NCBI GenBank assembly: GCA_023515725.1
Contig: JALDTO010000235.1
Span: 646,597 to 710,596, forward strand
Direction: 5' to 3'
DNA: 64,000 bases
Source: Amoeboaphelidium protococcarum X5
Lineage: Eukaryota > Fungi > Aphelidiomycota
Below, piece after piece: positions 40,989 through 52,514 of this stretch (within the stretch, counting starts at the first letter, position 1; every line of letters begins with the position of its first letter). The notes beneath the pieces are model-generated. The model did no database searches. It was not told the origin of the DNA and saw nothing but the letters and a program-made list of their open reading frames with translations. The translations under genes and the position numbers were made by a program.

Positions 40989-41648
40989 ATGACGTTGTCG
41001 ATACGTATCCCTTTTATAAAAGCTTTAAATTAGTACCATCTCTAAAGGCGCATGGTATCATTTAATGCTAGAAACCCGTTTGAACATTATGAAAATTTAT
41101 AGCTTAAACCAGATGCATCTCTAAGGAGGAAAGACATTAAAGAGAAATATGCACAACTTGCGTAGATATGGCATCCCGACAAGAATCAAGATGAGAATGC
41201 TGCCACCTAATTTGCATGTATCACAGAGTCGTATAAAATACTTAGCGATCCAGATAGAAAGAGAGAATATGATACCTGGATCTAGTCTGTGGGACGGCCG
41301 AGGTCTCCTTTAACTAGTAGTGGTATTAATGATTAGCGATAGTACTCACCGTTTGGTACAAGTCGCGAGGACGATGAGCGATATGTAGATCACAAGGCTC
41401 AAGAGTACGCGAAAATGCGATATCAATAGAACGCTCGACATGGCCGATACCATGCTCATTAGCATCAGATGCCTCCATAGTACTAGGATCCGACGGATAT
41501 TAGGTGGAAGAAGGCGCAACAACAAACACAACCGGAGAATGATAGAATAAACGCCATGAGGTCTCAACTCTCAGCGGACAATCTAAAGTTAGCTCTTGCG
41601 TTTGGGGCCATATTAGCCTACTCTGTCCTGACTATTAGATTTTCATGA
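40989..41648 (+). CDS. J-domain (DnaJ class C) protein with presequence-like N-terminus and C-terminal TM
   Basis: HYENL.L, IKEKYAQLAQIWHPDKN, F..I.ESY.ILSDPDRKREYD, terminal hydrophobic stretch. Confidence 0.85.
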
Positions 41649-41877
41649 TGTTCATATATAGATAGATTTTTTTTTGAATTTTACCATATATATAACTTAT
41701 TGTGGCTGTTCTCATTGCAAAATCAGTTTAATTGCCTAAATTGTGGTGCTATTTTTAATCGCATTGCGCCAAATCAACATCGAAATTCACAGATATTATC
41801 ACCTTTTCCATGTATCAGAGCTCACATTGTTGTCATAAAATTAAGATAAATAATATCGAGTTGTGAATAAAAAATAA

Positions 41878-43744
41878 ATGAGGTAGGCTGTGTATTTTAT
41901 TTCTTCAGGTAGAACTCCTAGTATCATTGTTATATTGTAGTGAAATTCCTTTGATTTCAGTTTACGCCCAGGCGTTGTACAGTGATGGTCAATGGCGCCC
42001 ATTCTCTGCTGGTTACAGCCAATTGATCTTGTATGGAAACAAAGATGCGCACACCTATCGCTTGATAGGCCGTAATGTTGACGATAATCAGTTCATAATC
42101 AATTCCTAGTTCACTGCCACTGGAGTTCAGTATCAGCAGGCGTCGGATACGTTTCATCAGTACTCAGATGGCACGAATGTCTATGGATTCAACTTCTATC
42201 AGCAGGATGATGCTCGCCAGTTTGCCGAAGCTTGTAATGCAGCTTTGAAAGACTTGGCCACTCCATAACCTGCCCCACCACCGGCTATGCCACCACCAGC
42301 TATGCCGCCTGCAATGAATAAGTTGCCAGCTGCATCATCTACTGGTAGTAAGTTTGGAGCACAGGCTGCCGCTGCTCAAAGTAATCCCGCTCCAGCTCCA
42401 TCTAGTGGTGGTGGTGGACCCCCACCTCCTCCTCCACCTGCGCCTGCTGCAAGTGTTGATGTTGATGATTCCGCCGCAGCTGGTAATGGTTTGGCAGCTG
42501 CTCTCTCTGGCGTAAAGCTGAAGAAATCCTCAGCACCGCCTCCTAAAGAAGACTCCCCAAGTCATGGCGGTGGTAATGCCAAGGCTCCAGCTCCGTCTGG
42601 TGGCGGCGGCGGAGGTCTTATGGGCGAAATGGCTGCAAAATTGGGTAAACGCACTCAGATTGCAGACCCAGCCCCAGCTGCATCAACGGGATCAAGTGGC
42701 TCGCTCGCTTCTAAATTGGGATCTGCACCACCTAATACGTTGGCGGGAGCTTTGAAGGCGAAGAATATGAACTCTTCAGCATCAAACGCGTCCATGAGCG
42801 AGTCCAAGTAGGAAGAAGCTGCTCCGGAAGTAAAAAAGTTTCCTTTGAACAAGTTTGGCCAGCCAGCTGCATAACCAGCAGCAGCTCCTCCTGTCGAGAA
42901 GGAGCCAGAAGCACCAAAGTCCAAATTTCCGGGATTAAAGGTTGGTAATAAAGCTGCTGCTGCCGCTCCAGCTGCTGAGGAAGAAAAGGAGCCAGAGAAG
43001 CCAAAGTTTGGCCCACCTGGCGGCAACAAGTTTGGTGGTGCAACCAAGTTTGGTACACCAGCTCCACCGCCACAGGCTGAACCACCCAAAGTTGAAGAAT
43101 AGGAGGAGAAACCAGCATTTGGCAATAAATTCTAATCTGCTCTGAACAAGAATCATCCACCTAAAGAGGAAGAAGTCCCTCCTCCAGCTGCCGATTTCCC
43201 AAAAAGCAAGTTTGGAAACGGTAAGTTTCCATCTGCATTGCCTGATAGCAAGTTTCCGCCACCGTCTTCGGTTAATAACTCTGCTAAAAGCTTGCCACCA
43301 CCAGCTTCTATCCCTCCACCGATGGCTAAAGCAATAAGCCCGTTATAAGCTGAGCCATAGAACGCTGATGCTGCAGATGAAGATGACTGGGAATCTTCGC
43401 CTCCAAAGAAGGGCGCGCCTGGTAAATTTCCGTTCGGTAATAGTAAGGCCAGCAATAATACGTCTGACAGCTACGGCGGTTCTGCTGCAAAGAATGCTGA
43501 TCATGATTCTTCATAGGATGTGCATCATTCGGCGTCCCCATTTGGAGCTACTAAAGAATCGCTGAAATCTAGCCGTAAAGAATTGCCGTCTGGTAACGAT
43601 GGAATGTCAGCAGAGCAATTCCAGTAACTGAAGGAAGAGATGGTGAGTGTTGTCAAGTCTGAGATGTAGAAGGTCAAGGCGGAGATTGAAGACACACTAC
43701 GCTCTGAGATTGCACAGCTCCTCAAAACTTTGATGGGCAATTGA
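41878..43744 (+). CDS. Ena/VASP-family actin polymerase (EVH1, polyPro, GAB, FAB, tetramerisation coil), 602 aa; intron 41883-41940
   Basis: MSE start; EVH1 (QWRP..GYSQLILY...TYRLIGR...IINS...YQQASDTFHQY.D...VYGFNF); GPPPPPPP; GLAAALSGVKLKKS; GGGGLMGEMAAKLGKR; C-terminal QLKEEMVSVVKSEMQKVKAEIE. Confidence 0.88.
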
Positions 43745-43867
43745 TCAATAGCGAAGTAGGTATAAACGATGAACAAAAGAAATATAGTTGATGGAATTTA
43801 AATCTAACAGTGGCTTACGAATTAATCACGCCATTTTCCATTTTCAATCGACGCGACCGTTCGTTGA

Positions 43868-44904
43868 ATGATTTTGAAATTACGCAGCAGTCGCTTTTAA
43901 ACTTCAGCTCTACACTCTGTAGCAACACGAAACTTTTATCGCTAGATGACTTACACTACTAGAACTGTTGGTGCACCAAACTCTTTGGATTACCGTCTAT
44001 ACATTGGTAGGATTTCCTTTTGCGTGGTTGTAAACATTTTACGTGATGTTACCCATTATAATGCGTGTATGTAGAGAAGGACGGTAAGGCAGTCTCGGCG
44101 TTCCATGACATTCCTCTGTACGCTAATGCGGAAAAGACTGTGCTTAACATGGTGGTGGAGATTCCTCGCTGGACCAACGCTAAATTGGAGATTAGCAAGG
44201 CGGATGCATTGAACCCAATCAAGTAGGATGTGAAGAAGGGCAAGTTGCGCTTCGTCAAGAATTGCTTCCCGCATCACGGTTACATCTGGAACTATGGCGC
44301 ATTTCCATAGACTTGGGAGGATCCTAACCATGTGCATCCGGAGACTAAGGCTATTGGTGACAATGATCCACTGGATGTTGTGGAGATTGGCGAACGTGTC
44401 GGTCACATTGGACAAGTTAAACAGGTGAAAGTATTAGGTGTAGTTGCACTTCTGGATGAGGGCGAGACTGATTGGAAGGTGATCACGATCGATGTCACTG
44501 ACCCTCAGGCAGATAAGGTGAATGACATTGAGGATGTGGAAAAAGTATTCCCTGGACTGTTGAAAGCCACTACTGAATGGTTCCGCATCTACAAAATTCC
44601 AGATGGCAAGCCAGCTAATGTTTTCGCTTTCAACGGCGACGCGAAGAATCGTGATTACGCTCTCAATGTCGTGGCTGAGACTAACGAAGCCTGGAGGAAG
44701 TTGATTACCAAGGCTATCCCTAACAAGAGCGACAAGTATGATATTTAGACCGTTAATGTGAATGTCAAAGATAGTCCGTACTTGGTTGACACCGCTTCGG
44801 CTGAGTATGGTAAAATTGCTCCAACTGCCTAGTAGCTGACTGCTAATCCTGTTGATCCTGCTATTCACAAATGGTACTTTATCAAGGGAGATTCTAGCCT
44901 TTGA
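43868..44904 (+). CDS. IPP1: Family I soluble inorganic pyrophosphatase; in-frame ATGs at 43868 and 43946; intron 44007-44074
   Basis: [25 protein letters not shown](TAG)[20 protein letters not shown](TAG)[31 protein letters not shown]. Confidence 0.96.
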
Positions 44905-44997
44905 GCGAGACGATAATTAACAAAGTTATGAGACAGATCATGAAAAATAAAATGCACCATCTTGCAATGATAATAAGCTATATCTTGACATTAAAAA

Positions 44998-45551
44998 TCA
45001 AACTTGAGAGTAGGGCAGATTGGCAGTCTCTTTATTACCGTTACTGCCAGTGGCAATGAACGATTCCGGTGATTCTAGTTCATCATACGCCACCTAATTA
45101 GAACCCCCATTCTAAACTAAAGTGTTAAATTAAGTATCTCCTCGTACCTTCAACTACCGGAATATTAACATTACAGTCACAGGCTTTGACAGCAAATTTA
45201 TAATAGTCATCGCAAGACTATACTTGAATGAACTGAGACTCGTCCTATTAACATCGGGACTATTATTAATACTCAGCCAGACAACATCAGTCACCAGAGT
45301 TAGTGTGGTCAATATCGCAAACTACAATACGCGTCATGCGTTTATTAGTAATACACACGGTTCAGATCTAAATTGAAAATTAAAAAAGACGCACTTACTA
45401 TTTTCAATGGCTAAGAAGTCTCCATGTTATTTACAGCTAGCAATCCAAATAGCAATATAGGAACATTATATGAGGGATTCGGAGCGAAAGAAGCCAACAG
45501 GCCAACTATAATTTAGGCAAAAATTATCTATTACAACCTCAACGAACTCAT
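44998..45551 (-). CDS. AGTRAP-like small multi-pass membrane protein, 158 aa; intron 45322-45398
   Basis: YNVPILLFGLLAV..., TLVTDVVWLSI, KYSLAMTIINLLSKP...RG and AYDELE align by eye with AGTRAP (RFGVGMAILSLLLKP...ERG, AYQTID). Absent from the ORF track. Confidence 0.7.
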
Positions 45552-46065
45552 CTTGATATTTCCTTTTTCGATCTACAGAATCGATTGTCAAAACGAGAAG
45601 AATTTTAGGGAGAGAGCGCGATGGACTCTTCTCAGGCGATTAGCGTAAAATTCCACCAATTGTGAAATCGATTACTATCAAGCGAGAGAAGATTGTTATA
45701 ATGCGAGAGTGTGAATTTAAATGAATCTGATGTGTTGATCATATAATCAGTCCATCAACTGTATGCTAGATCCCTATAGCTAAATGAATAACGATATAAC
45801 AACAATAAAAAACAATTGAATAAATTACTCAAATGAGGGCAGCATACAGGTGCAATAACGTGCCAATCATCGAGTGATAAGCGCCACATTTTGATGAAAC
45901 AGCCCAGCACGGCACGCCCGCGGAATGGCAACTGAACGAGGCGGCGGTTTCTTCCTCTAAACACTCACTCACTTACACTCATTTTACTTGTGCTTAATAC
46001 TTTAACAGTTACTCTATTCCTGTTAATTTCCCCTATTAAACACACACTTTGTTATAATAATCAAT

Positions 46066-46557
46066 ATGGTAAGTTGTTTATCTCTCACCCCATGTTTTAT
46101 TCAATGTTCATTTATTCATTCATTCGCCATTATAATAGTGTAGTCATCCGGTGTTACTGTAAACGACAAGTGCCTTGAAGCATTCTAGGATTTGAAGTTG
46201 AAGAAGAAGTACAAGTTTGTGCTATACAAGCTGTCTGATGACAATGCTTCCATTGTGTTGGAGAAGAGCGCCGAGGCTGGAACTTACGATGAATTTGTCT
46301 CCAGTCTGCCAAAGGGCGAGTGCAGATACGCAGTCTATGATTTTGAGTTTGAGAAGCCTGGCGAGGGTCAGCGTAACAAGATTTGTTTCATTGCATGGTC
46401 TCCTGATTCTAGCAAGATCAAGTCAAAGATGTTATACGCTTCCAGTAAGGATGCTCTGCGTAAGAAGTTGGTTGGTGTTTCTACTGAGATTCAGGCTACT
46501 GACTTGAGCGAGATTGCGTACGACGTGGTCTTGGACAAGGTGAGCAAATCTAGTTGA
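46066..46557 (+). CDS. COF1: Cofilin/ADF, paralog B; intron 46069-46143 directly after the ATG
   Basis: M|SSGVTVNDKC, ECRYAVYDFEF, RNKICFIAWSPD, KMLYASSKDALR, EIQATD. Confidence 0.96.
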
Positions 46558-46999
46558 ATATGCACTGCTTCTCTATGGTGGGCAGTACTTTCTTGGGTGG
46601 TGTTGGCGGCGTGAAAATTGGCGAAATTGAAATAAAATGGAATGTTCCATGTTTTGTCTGCTTTTTTATCTTTCCCTTTTTACATTCTTTGCAGGTGTTA
46701 CTGTAGTTGATTAATTTTACACTTGCTTTCTTTCTCACTTTAACTTGCTTGTTCATCCCATAATAGCTTCTCTTTTACAGTCGCACGCAGCCTCTCTATG
46801 AGTTGTACTGTCTCTCGCTCGCTCTCTCGTTCTGTACCTCTCGCTTAGTCTTTCCTGCACGTTGAAACACGACTGACTGAAATATTTCTCTCCCCTTCCT
46901 TTCTCCTATTGCTTCACTCTTAAACTGTACAGTACTCATTACTCCTAGTTGGTAGTTAATATTTAAATTTTACAATTAAAGCCTTAAGTCTCGTTTAAT

Positions 47000-48166
47000 A
47001 TGCCACAAGAAGCTACTATTATAGTGTATGATATATCAATACCTTTATTTTTGTATTAATAATTCAACTTTGTTATTATTCATTTGTAGAATTGATAACA
47101 CCGAGTGGATGCGTAATGCAGACTATACTCCGGATAGATTGAAGGCTCAGAATGATGCTGTTAGTATGGTATTCAACATCAAGACATAGAGTAATCCTGA
47201 GAATGTTGTCGGTCTCATTTCTATGGGTGGCAATGTGTAAGTATACATGTTAGTTTGAGGAGTTTTGATCTCTATTGTTGCATTCTCACTAAAGTGGTTA
47301 CATGTAGACCGGAACTTCTAACTCCTCTTACCAATAAACTGGGATCTATCTTGAATGGATTGCATCATTTAAAGATTTCGGGTAAGCCGCATCTTTCTAG
47401 TGCTTTACAAGTTGCTTCGCTGGCGTTAAAGAACAGATTCAACAAGAACCAGGCCATGAGAATTGTGGTATTTATTGGTTCTCCGCTTGGATCAACTTCA
47501 AAGACTGCTAACACTACCGATGGTGACGAGGACTCTGAAGTGGCACTAATTAAACTTGCCAAGAAGTTGAAGAAGAATAACGTCGCCGTGGATATTGTGT
47601 CTTTTGGAGAGGAGGGAAATGATAAGCTGTTACAGTCATTTCATGATGCTATCAACAATAACGACAATTCTCACATTGTATTCATCCCACCAGGTCCGCA
47701 GTTGTTGAGTGATTAGCTATTGAATACGCCCATTGTGGCTGGTGAAGGTGGAATGGGAGGTGGAGCTGGTGGAGCTGGTGGTGGATATGAATTTGGCGTT
47801 GACCCATCTCTGGATCCAGAACTGGCATTGGCGCTGCGTATATCCATGGAGGAAGAAAGAGCTAGACAAGAGAAAGGTGGTGCACCTGCTGAAGGAGCCT
47901 CCTCTACGCAAGCTCCTTAGTAAGCGAATGCTGTACCACCACAGACGGAGGAGGAGAAAATGTTGGCCCAGGCAATTGCAATGTCCATGGGCTAACAAGC
48001 CGGTAATGTTGGCGGTGACGGAGATGTTGATATGGAGGGAGGTGATGATAATGACGATGTGGCTCGTGCTATTCAAGAATCATTGATGAATGCATCTTCT
48101 ACCACTGGTAGTAATAATAATAGCAGCAAGACTCCTGACAATAACTCTAAAAATGGTAAATAGTGA
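47000..48166 (+). CDS. RPN10: 26S proteasome ubiquitin receptor Rpn10/PSMD4; introns 47026-47089 and 47237-47307
   Basis: EATIIVIDNTEWMRNADY, SNPENVVG, RIVVFIGSP, LAKKLKKNNVAVDIVSFG, FGVDPSLDPELALALRISMEE, further UIMs. Confidence 0.96.
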
Positions 48167-48466
48167 ATCCCAATACTATATAGTGTTATTGCTGTACGTA
48201 TTGACACTGGAATGTCATTTTTCTTGAGATACGAGCTATCTTGCATCGAATGAATCTTTTCTTGCAATACAAACTACTTGCGATAAGAGTAAATCTTAAT
48301 TTTTCGCAGCGCCGAATGAAAGTTTTTCGTTTCAGAGTGATTTTCTTGTTTCTTTCTTCTCTTTATCACAACTTTAACTGCTAGCTTTATTATAACTGTT
48401 ATATCAGCACCTCCTCATTTAGTATTTACTGAATTTATTGTATATATATAAAGATTTTGTGGTAGT

Positions 48467-51352
48467 ATGTCTGATAAGAAATTTTTTGCTAGAGGTTAGT
48501 TTAAACACTCTTATTCCCAAGCTCTAATACTTTGAATTGAACTGTCAACACATGTTTAAATTGGTGTAGGTAAAGTGCAGGAACTGAGAGAGGAGTTGAA
48601 CAGTGATAAAGATGATAAGAAACATTCAATGAAGAGAACCGCATTGAAGAAGATTGTTGCTAACTTGACAATGGGTAATGATATGGGTGCTCTGTTTCCG
48701 GACGTGGTTGCTTGTATGCAGATTGGTGACATTGCGATAAAGAAGATGGTTTATTTGTATCTGATCAACTATGCCAGACACAAGCCAGATATGGTCATTT
48801 TGGCAGTGAATAGCTTTTTGAAAGATGCTGCCGATTCTAATCCGCTGATAAGAGCTCTAGCTATCCGTACAATGTCTTACATTAATGTTGACAAGGTGAC
48901 TGACTGTATCTGCGAGCCACTGCGCAACTGTCTCAAGGACAAGGATCCTTATGTTCGTAAAACTGCTGCTCTGGCTGTGACAAAGTTGTACTTTCATGAC
49001 TAGGAATTGGTGAAAAACTAAGGTTTGCTCACGAATCTTAAAGACCTGGTGAATGATAGTAATCCAACGGTGGTGGCCAATGCTTTGATTGGATTGCTGG
49101 AGATTCATGAAAAGTCACCGGATTTTCAATTCTCACTAGACATGAATGCTGCCAGTAATTTGGCGACTGCTCTTAATGAATGTTCCGAGTGGGCTTAGAC
49201 TTATATTCTAGAGGCCATGATGTTTGTCAAGCCAGGAGATAGCGCTGATGCAGAAAGTTTGATTGAGAGAGTGCTGCCTAGAATGTAACATGCTAATAGT
49301 GGTGTGGTGTTGGCTTCTGTAAAAGTTTTGGTCTACTTGGCCGAATTCGTGTCGAATAAAGATTACGTGCGGACCATCTACAGTCGTCTTGCTCCGCCAT
49401 TGGTCACACTGCTTAGTTGTGAGCCTGAAATTCAGTACGTTGCACTGCGCAATATATTACTGGTTGTGGAAAAGTAGCCAGATCTTTTAAAGAAGGACAT
49501 TCGTGTGTTTTTCTGCAAGTATAACGATCCAATTTACGTCAAGTTATCCAAGCTGGACGTTTTGTTCAAGTTGGTCACCGAGTCGAATGTTGATTTACTT
49601 CTCTCTGAGCTGAAGGAGTATTCTAGTGAAGTCGATGTTGAGTTTGTTCGTAAAGCAGTACGTGCTATTGGAAGGTGTGCGATCAAGATTGAGAGTGCGG
49701 CAGATAAATGTATTTAGGCGCTGGTGGAGCTGATCTAGACTAAGGTGAATTATGTTGTGTAAGAGAGTATTGTTGTGATTAAGGATGTCTTTAGAAAGTA
49801 CCCTGACCAGTATGAGAGTATTATTGCGGTGCTGTGTGAGAATTTGGACAGTCTTGATGAACCGGAAGCTAAATCTTCCATGATTTGGATCATTGGTCAC
49901 TATGCTGATCGTATTGACAATAGTGATGAGTTGTTAGACTCATTTCTGGACTCCTTTCTGGAAGAGCCTGCTGAGGTGCAATTGTCTATGCTCACTGCCG
50001 TGGTCAAGTTATTCATTAAAAACCCATCCGGTGGTAAAGTCTTGGTCCCTAAGGTGTTGAAATGGGCAACTGAAGAGGTGGACAATCCAGATGTTCGCGA
50101 TCGTGGATACATTTATTGGCGTCTGCTGTCTACTGATCCTATTGCTGCAAAGTCCATTGTATTTCCGAGTAATACCACCATCAATGCAGGTGCTGACCGA
50201 TTTGATCAGAAGCTTTTGGATGAGTTGTTGTCGTAGATTGACACTCTGGGTTCTATTTACCATCGACCTGCCAGAATGTTGGCTCCTCACTTAAAATTCC
50301 GTTAGTCTACGGCTAACAATAATAATGATAATGGCTCATTTAATCCGCCTGCATCGCGAGTGAGTGCTGGCTTTGACAATACTTTGTAATAGTCTCAGAA
50401 GGTGTAGCAATAGCAAAAGATGAAGTCTATGAATTTGTTGGACATTGATGAGCCTGAAGATTCATAAGATTCTCAATAGTCATATCAGTAGTAGCCTCAA
50501 TACAACAACTACACCTAATAGCAGAGTCAAATGATTGCTCCTCCTGTACAACAAAATGGTCTATCTTCTCAGATGAGCGGCCTTGGTCTAGGGAGCAGAG
50601 AAGTCTTAGATCTTGGTCTGGTCACTGACTCGTTCGTGCCTGTAAAAGTTTAATTTCTTGCTGCTGCCCAGGGTAAAGGACTTGAAATTCATGGTACATT
50701 TGCCAGAAGATAGAAAGCCATGTTCATGGATTTGACCATTCAGAATAAGGCATTATAGCCTATTGGCGACATTGTGCTGCAATTCAATAAGAACTCATTT
50801 GCCATTGTACCTGCTGGTGGGATAAATATTCGTAATCCATTACCACCGAATAGCAGTGCTGAGACTACGCTGGCACTGGCTATCAGTCCTACTACTCATT
50901 TCACCCTAAATGATCCAATCAATAATCTCCATGTTGCAATCAAGGCGTCTACTGGTTTGTTCTTCTTCTTTACCAAGATCCCGATGCATATTTTGCTGGT
51001 AGAGGATGGTCTACTGGTCCAAGCAGACTTTCTACGTAATTGGAAAGAGCACGTTACGTCGGCAACTTCATCCATGGTGGATCAGATTCAGTTCCCATCT
51101 GTTGAAGCATTGAGAAATAAGCTGAGTGCGAATAACATTTTCACCGTGGCTGAGAGAGTGATCGATAACAAGGGAATGCTGTACTGTAGTAGCAAGCTCG
51201 TGAATGACACCGTTGTGCTGATGGAGGTACAAGCTCAAGTGAATAATGGATAGTAGGTTGTGTCTTGCATGCTCACCGCTCGATCTTCGAATGCAGCGTA
51301 TCATAACGCTTACCTCGCCGCTGTCAGTGATATTTTGAGAAATGCCAAGTGA
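48467..51352 (+). CDS. AP-1/AP-2 complex beta subunit with hinge and appendage (ear); intron 48495-48569
   Basis: [63 protein letters not shown], clathrin box-like NLLDID, ear [13 protein letters not shown]...QFNKNSF. Confidence 0.95.
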
Positions 51353-51514
51353 TGATGATGATTAAAGAGATGAAAAAGAAGTGTTGTGATAAATGTGGAG
51401 TTATTAGTTTAAGATTAGTAATGATATGATAAGTATATTTTCTCAAAAAAAAACATTTGAATAGCACTATCAACAACAATCCTTGAACATTACATGATGA
51501 GCCTATTTTATCAA

Positions 51515-51898
51515 TCATTACAACAAAGAGTATGTCTAGGCACTATCTACAACACCAGATCGCTGTGAATCAATCTCTGCAATAATCTACTTGAGATGGT
51601 TCAACTCCAAGGCCTGAATCTCTTTAATCTAAGTAGTTTCCAACAGTTGCATCTCTAATCGTTTCAACCGCAGCTAGAGTTCTATCCGCTTCCTCTGCTC
51701 CATATCAAGCGCTCTACAAGCCGCCTCCACTCTATCACTCGCCTCCATGAAGAGAAGAGCAGTCAGATCTTCCACCTCACGCTCCAACCTATTAAACTTC
51801 GCCTCAGCTTTCCGCCTTGCACTAACCTCAATCTCTAACGTTTACTTTAATGCAGCAATTTAAAGTCTATTCAATTCCTGCTCTGTCAATTAAATCAT
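51515..51898 (-). CDS. Small coiled-coil protein with a Sec2/Rabin8 GEF-like segment, 127 aa
   Basis: RRKAEAKFNRLEREVEDLTALLFMEASDRVEAA resembles the Sec2 motif ELEELTASLFEEANKMV. Confidence 0.65.
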
Positions 51899-52514
51899 TC
51901 TTTCAGATGATAATAATAATAGTATCAAAATGTGTACACTGTATTCTGCGAGCAGTAGTAGAGAATAAAATTATATCAAAACTATAGAGTGCAAAATAAT
52001 CAGGTGACAGAATGACTTCAAACTGACTGACAAGAGGAGAACTGGATCAGAATTGTATCGCCGTTACCGGTACTACAAAATGACGATGAAAGAATCTTGG
52101 CGCTGCAATGATTCAGAGATCCAACATCAACATTTCCCGTTTCGGAAAAGACCTTCAATCTTGGCGAATTATTACGGTTTGATCGGCTGAAACTGCGCGG
52201 TATGTTTACAGCTTTGGATTTACAGATGTCTACTTCTTTATGTCGATTGTCTGTAGATATAGATTTAAACCCGCATAAGTCTTACATTTCATGTTTGAAC
52301 AGTAGCATTTTTGATCCAATGCCATCAGCACATCATTCAGAGCCTACAGAGGCGTGAAATGAATGTGAGTGTTGTCTATAATGAGCTTTCTTTAAGTACA
52401 GTATATTCTTTATAAAGCCGATTTCCCTCTTTCAGTAATCCCTCCTTAGAATTTCTTCGTTTTCGCTCTTTCATCGCTACAAAAGTATCTTTGTATACAA
52501 ATTGTAGATTTTAA

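Noticed and set aside
41878-43744. WASP/Las17 or verprolin assignment
   Set aside because: No CRIB domain and no terminal acidic-Trp motif; FAB and tetramerisation coil match Ena/VASP instead.
52000-52500. Short ORF (52202-52357) or snoRNA in the divergent spacer
   Set aside because: No convincing C/D or H/ACA boxes and no protein motif.
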